A DNA stretch of 64,000 bases, from positions 680,450,001 through 680,514,000 of the forward strand of contig NC_067399.1 of assembly GCF_016432865.1 (NCBI RefSeq), given 5' to 3'. Shown here piece by piece: positions 60,216 to 64,000 of this stretch (position 1 is the stretch's first letter; the number at the start of each line of letters is the position of its first letter). The notes below the pieces were generated by a model, which worked only from the letters and a program-made list of their open reading frames with translations, searched no databases and was not told the origin of the DNA. The stretch comes from Antechinus flavipes. Lineage: Eukaryota. The position numbers and the translations under genes were made by a program.

Positions 60216-61204
60216 ATCTGCTTTTCATATGCAGTCAAAGTATCCATCTACTGATTTGAAATCAAAGCAGATGTCCCAATCAAATGGATAAAGATAAAAA
60301 GATAACATTTGCCTCTATTTTATTCCAATCTATTTTGACAAAATGCCAACCTTCAAAAATGGCAGCCATGAACAACATCAGCTTCGAATACAAGCTCAAT
60401 TTCAAAACATGGAAAAGGTTGATGAAAGATGTTTGTCTATGATAAACATCTGTATCGATAATATAGATATTGTGCTCTCAGAAAACAAGAGCAAACATGA
60501 CTTCAGAGACCTTAGTATGAGATTTTGTTATCCCAGATCATCCTGGAAGCATTTGAATAGGAAAACAGAAATATACAATGCATGAAACAGATCTGCTGTT
60601 AATCTAGGCTTATTTTTCTCTGTGACAATTTGAACTCTACCCCCTTGATGCATGTATATATTATTATGGCATGGAAATTTTTCTTATGAAAATAAAGTCA
60701 GAAAGAACTGATATACAGAGGAAAATAATATTGAAGGTGATACAGTCCTAAATATTCCCCATAATAAGGGAGAAATTTTTTAAAGAGCAGAAAAGATCAC
60801 AAGCTATGATTTCCATTCCCCACTCCCCAAAAAGCAGCCAATTAGATGCAAAGAACTATCAGTCCAGGTCTCTAGTTTGTTATATCTGAAAATATTTTTG
60901 TGGAAATGGGAAAATATATTTCTAGGGTATCTTTGATGAAAAAATGAAGGGAAACAGGCAGACTTTCTTTCTCACATAATCTTTTCCAGTAGACTACATC
61001 TTCACAGTTATACAACTTTCTGAGAAAAGATCATTGTCCTATTATCTGTCATTCACAAATTATTTTTAGCTGACTTAGCAGAAAAAACACACCCTGAAAT
61101 ATTCTTCTTAAACAAGGAATCTCCAGAGCAAGTTAAAATACTACATCTCTTTATAAAATTAACTATAAAAAAACATTTTAAAGTTAAACATTTAACTATT
61201 CATG

Positions 61205-61445
61205 TGGGTTCCATCATTTCAGTCATGTCTGACTCTTTGTGGGTCATTGGGCTTTTCTTGATGAAGATACTAGAGAAGTTTGCCGTTTCCTTCCCTGGCT
61301 CATTTTACAGATGAGGAAACTGAGGCAGACAGGATGAGGTGGCTTAGCCAGAGTCACACAGCCAGTAAGTGTCTGAAGCTGGATTTGTACTCAAGTCTTC
61401 CGGATTTCATGTTTGAACTCTATCCATTGTGCTACTTAGCTGCTC
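61205..61445 (-). mobile_element. MAR1-type CORE-SINE
   Basis: tttcagtcatgtctgactctttgtg...ttgccgtttccttcc...cattttacagatgaggaaactgaggca...ggatttgtactcaagtcttcc. Confidence 0.8.
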
Positions 61446-62874
61446 TTCTATGAATAAAAGTTGATAGAGAGATCAGATAGAATTGTTTATCTAAAATGTT
61501 AAGTTCACTGATGTCATGGAGGTAGCATAGAATCCGGATAGAATTTCCCATGGATGATAATATTAAATATTCTTATTTGTAATGATAATGCATTAAGTCC
61601 CTTTATTTAGTAATATTCATGATTTTTAAAAGAAATTCACCTAACATCTATAAGGAAAACCAAAGTGGATAACAAATGCATAGATTACAATTTACAAGAG
61701 ATGGACAGGGCATTGACTTAGTCCATATGTCTCCAATTGAGGGGGAGGAGAACAAACATTGACAGAGTGACTGTGACATGTCACATTCATCTGCTTGGGA
61801 AAGGATGGAGCTTGACATGCAGCAAGAACAGAGACAACCCCTGGATGATGGAGCGCCACATCCCTTCTGGAGACCTAAGGAATTGGCTAAATCCTCTTTG
61901 GAGGATTGACACAAGGGCGTAAGCATTAATCCCAAAGGAGGGGTGGCCATCAGTGTGGACTGAAGAAGGAGCTGTGTCCACAGACTGGATCTCCCCATCC
62001 AACTCACCCCTAAGTCTCCTCCCATCAAAGGACTTCAAGGACTCACTGCTTGGGGACTTCTTTCTGGGGGTTCTAGGCTCAGATGGCATCTCTACAAGGC
62101 AGGATCTTGTCCCCAGGACAAGGCATGCTGATTTATTCTGAACGTGGGCACCTGTGTGCAAATGATTTTACTCCCCTACAATACATAGCTGAATTGTCCT
62201 TCCTTCTGATAAAGAAGAAAGTCTGGAGGGAATCTATGGGCCATTCCACGGGGGAGTTCTCTTCAGTGGCCTTCAGTCAATTTTTTTCCTTCTCCCACTT
62301 TTAAGAGATACAGAATATTAATAGAGTTCCCAAATTCTGATTTTGAAAGCAGATAATGCTCCATAGCTCGACTAGGAAGTGCTCCTGAGGGGCTGGTTCC
62401 ACCTTTCCTTTGGACCATCTGCCTGATGCTGGCCCAAGATGGCCCACACCCCATGAAGATTTGTGGTTGTTTGGATTTTAGGGAAATCAGAGCAGATATT
62501 CTCATTTTATTTCATTTGGTAAACTTTTGATATTTTTTAAATGAGGATCTTTATGTCCCAATACATCCTACGTTCACAGGGAGAGTAACAATCTTTTTAA
62601 TCAAAAAAAGAAAGAGAAAAAGAGGTTTTAACAAAATGACCCAGCCCACCAACTGAATAATGGAATTTGCATTGGCTCATGCCTGTGGCCACCTATCCAT
62701 GCAAAGAAGGAAGGAAAGGGAATGGGGGGCCATGTGGTGGATCCATATAATGACCCTGTTTGATTTCATTTTTTTCCTTTTCTTATTCATCACCTTAGTC
62801 ACTGCGTTTATTATTTTCCTGGCTCTGATATAATCTGATTCTTTATATACCTGTAATTAAATATTGATGTCAAT

Positions 62875-63043
62875 ATGTGTGTATGCATATACATACATAT
62901 ATATACATATATATAATGTATACATATACATACACATATATGCAAGTGTGTATATCTCTTTCTGTCTCTGTCTCTATCTTTCTTTGTCTTTGTTTTTCTC
63001 TGTATGTCTTACTGTCTGTCTCCATCTGTCTTGAGTCAGTCTA
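62875..63043. repeat. (TA/CA)n then (TC/TCTG)n tract, followed by N run 63044-63371
   Basis: Visible directly. Confidence 0.9.
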
Positions 63044-63379
63044 NNNNNNNNNNNNNNNNNNNNNNNNNNNNNNNNNNNNNNNNNNNNNNNNNNNNNNNNN
63101 NNNNNNNNNNNNNNNNNNNNNNNNNNNNNNNNNNNNNNNNNNNNNNNNNNNNNNNNNNNNNNNNNNNNNNNNNNNNNNNNNNNNNNNNNNNNNNNNNNNN
63201 NNNNNNNNNNNNNNNNNNNNNNNNNNNNNNNNNNNNNNNNNNNNNNNNNNNNNNNNNNNNNNNNNNNNNNNNNNNNNNNNNNNNNNNNNNNNNNNNNNNN
63301 NNNNNNNNNNNNNNNNNNNNNNNNNNNNNNNNNNNNNNNNNNNNNNNNNNNNNNNNNNNNNNNNNNNNNNNTTAGATCT

Positions 63380-63800
63380 GGTCTCAAATCAGTACTTAGC
63401 TGACTATTGCCTCTCAGACAACTCAAACTGATTGTCCAACAGATGTCTCAGGGTCAACACATTTACGACACAAGCTATTCTCCATCTCCCCCTCCTCCCC
63501 ACCCTGGCCTTCATTATTATTCTTCCCGGTCGCTCAGACCACGGTCTTTGTGACACTCACGGCTCTTTCCTCTCTCTCACCCAGAGATCCAATTCTTGGC
63601 CAGATCCTTGATTTCTATCCTTGTAAAATTTCTTCCATATGTTCCCTTCTCCAGGCTACCCCCTCCCAGCTCAGGCTCTCTTCATCTCCCACCAGACCTA
63701 TTGCAGCGCCCCTCCAGGCTAACCCCACTCCAATCCATCTTCTGCTCAAGGAATATCTTTCTAAAGAGTGTCTGCAGCCTCACATCCTTCTGCTCTGCCC
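63380..63800 (+). mobile_element. LINE2 internal fragment
   Basis: atgtctcagggtcaac...atctccccctcctc, gactcacggctctttcctctctctcaccc, ccctccaggctaaccccactccaatccatctt. Confidence 0.6.
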
Positions 63801-64000
63801 TGACTCCCGGTTACCTGTGGGACCAAATATAGAAAATCCTCAGTTTGGCATTTGAAGTTCTTCATAACTGTCACTCTCCTAGCTTTTTGTAAAATTAGTA
63901 AAATGTAATTGAACAGCACACCGAATAGTTTGTGTTCTAAATAAAAAGAACATGACCAAAAAAGTACATTTTTAAATTTCTCCAATTTTCCATGGTTCTC

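Noticed and set aside
59580-62500. Unique-looking segments as processed pseudogenes (59.6-60.6 kb, 61.7-62.5 kb)
   Set aside because: Frames are interrupted and no parent protein, poly-A tail or TSD was recognised.
63424-63440. miR-219 (tgattgtccaa)
   Set aside because: 11-nt match inside an L2 fragment; no hairpin.

Overview
Marsupial genomic DNA, most likely a dasyuromorph (devil, dunnart, quoll or thylacine group), judged from a WSINE1-type SINE, MAR1-type SINEs and marsupial-type L1 3' ends. I found no protein-coding gene I can name, and no tRNA, rRNA or known miRNA. Nearly all long ORFs in the track come from simple repeats, N runs or LINE remnants. The window has two halves. About 1-34.8 kb is GC- and CpG-rich and nearly free of L1, with homeobox-motif-rich unique blocks (candidate enhancers), strong orphan splice signals on both strands, a CCAAT/GC-box promoter near 16.2 kb and many distinct minisatellites (40, 21, 16, 22, 11 and 20 bp units, plus a 1.4 kb TG block). 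About 34.8-64 kb is AT-rich and packed with L1, L2 and SINE copies, including a three-level nested insertion (old L1, younger L1 with 17-bp TSD, solo LTR with 6-bp TSD) and a near-consensus REST/RE1 site. The most unusual part is 6-17 kb: a promoter whose GC-box plus CCAAT composite is itself tandemly amplified, a CTCF-like 22-bp array beside it, and on the minus strand a 40-bp array in which every unit resembles a 3' splice site. This suggests a repeat-rich regulatory lncRNA locus, but that is inference; the sequence alone does not show transcription.
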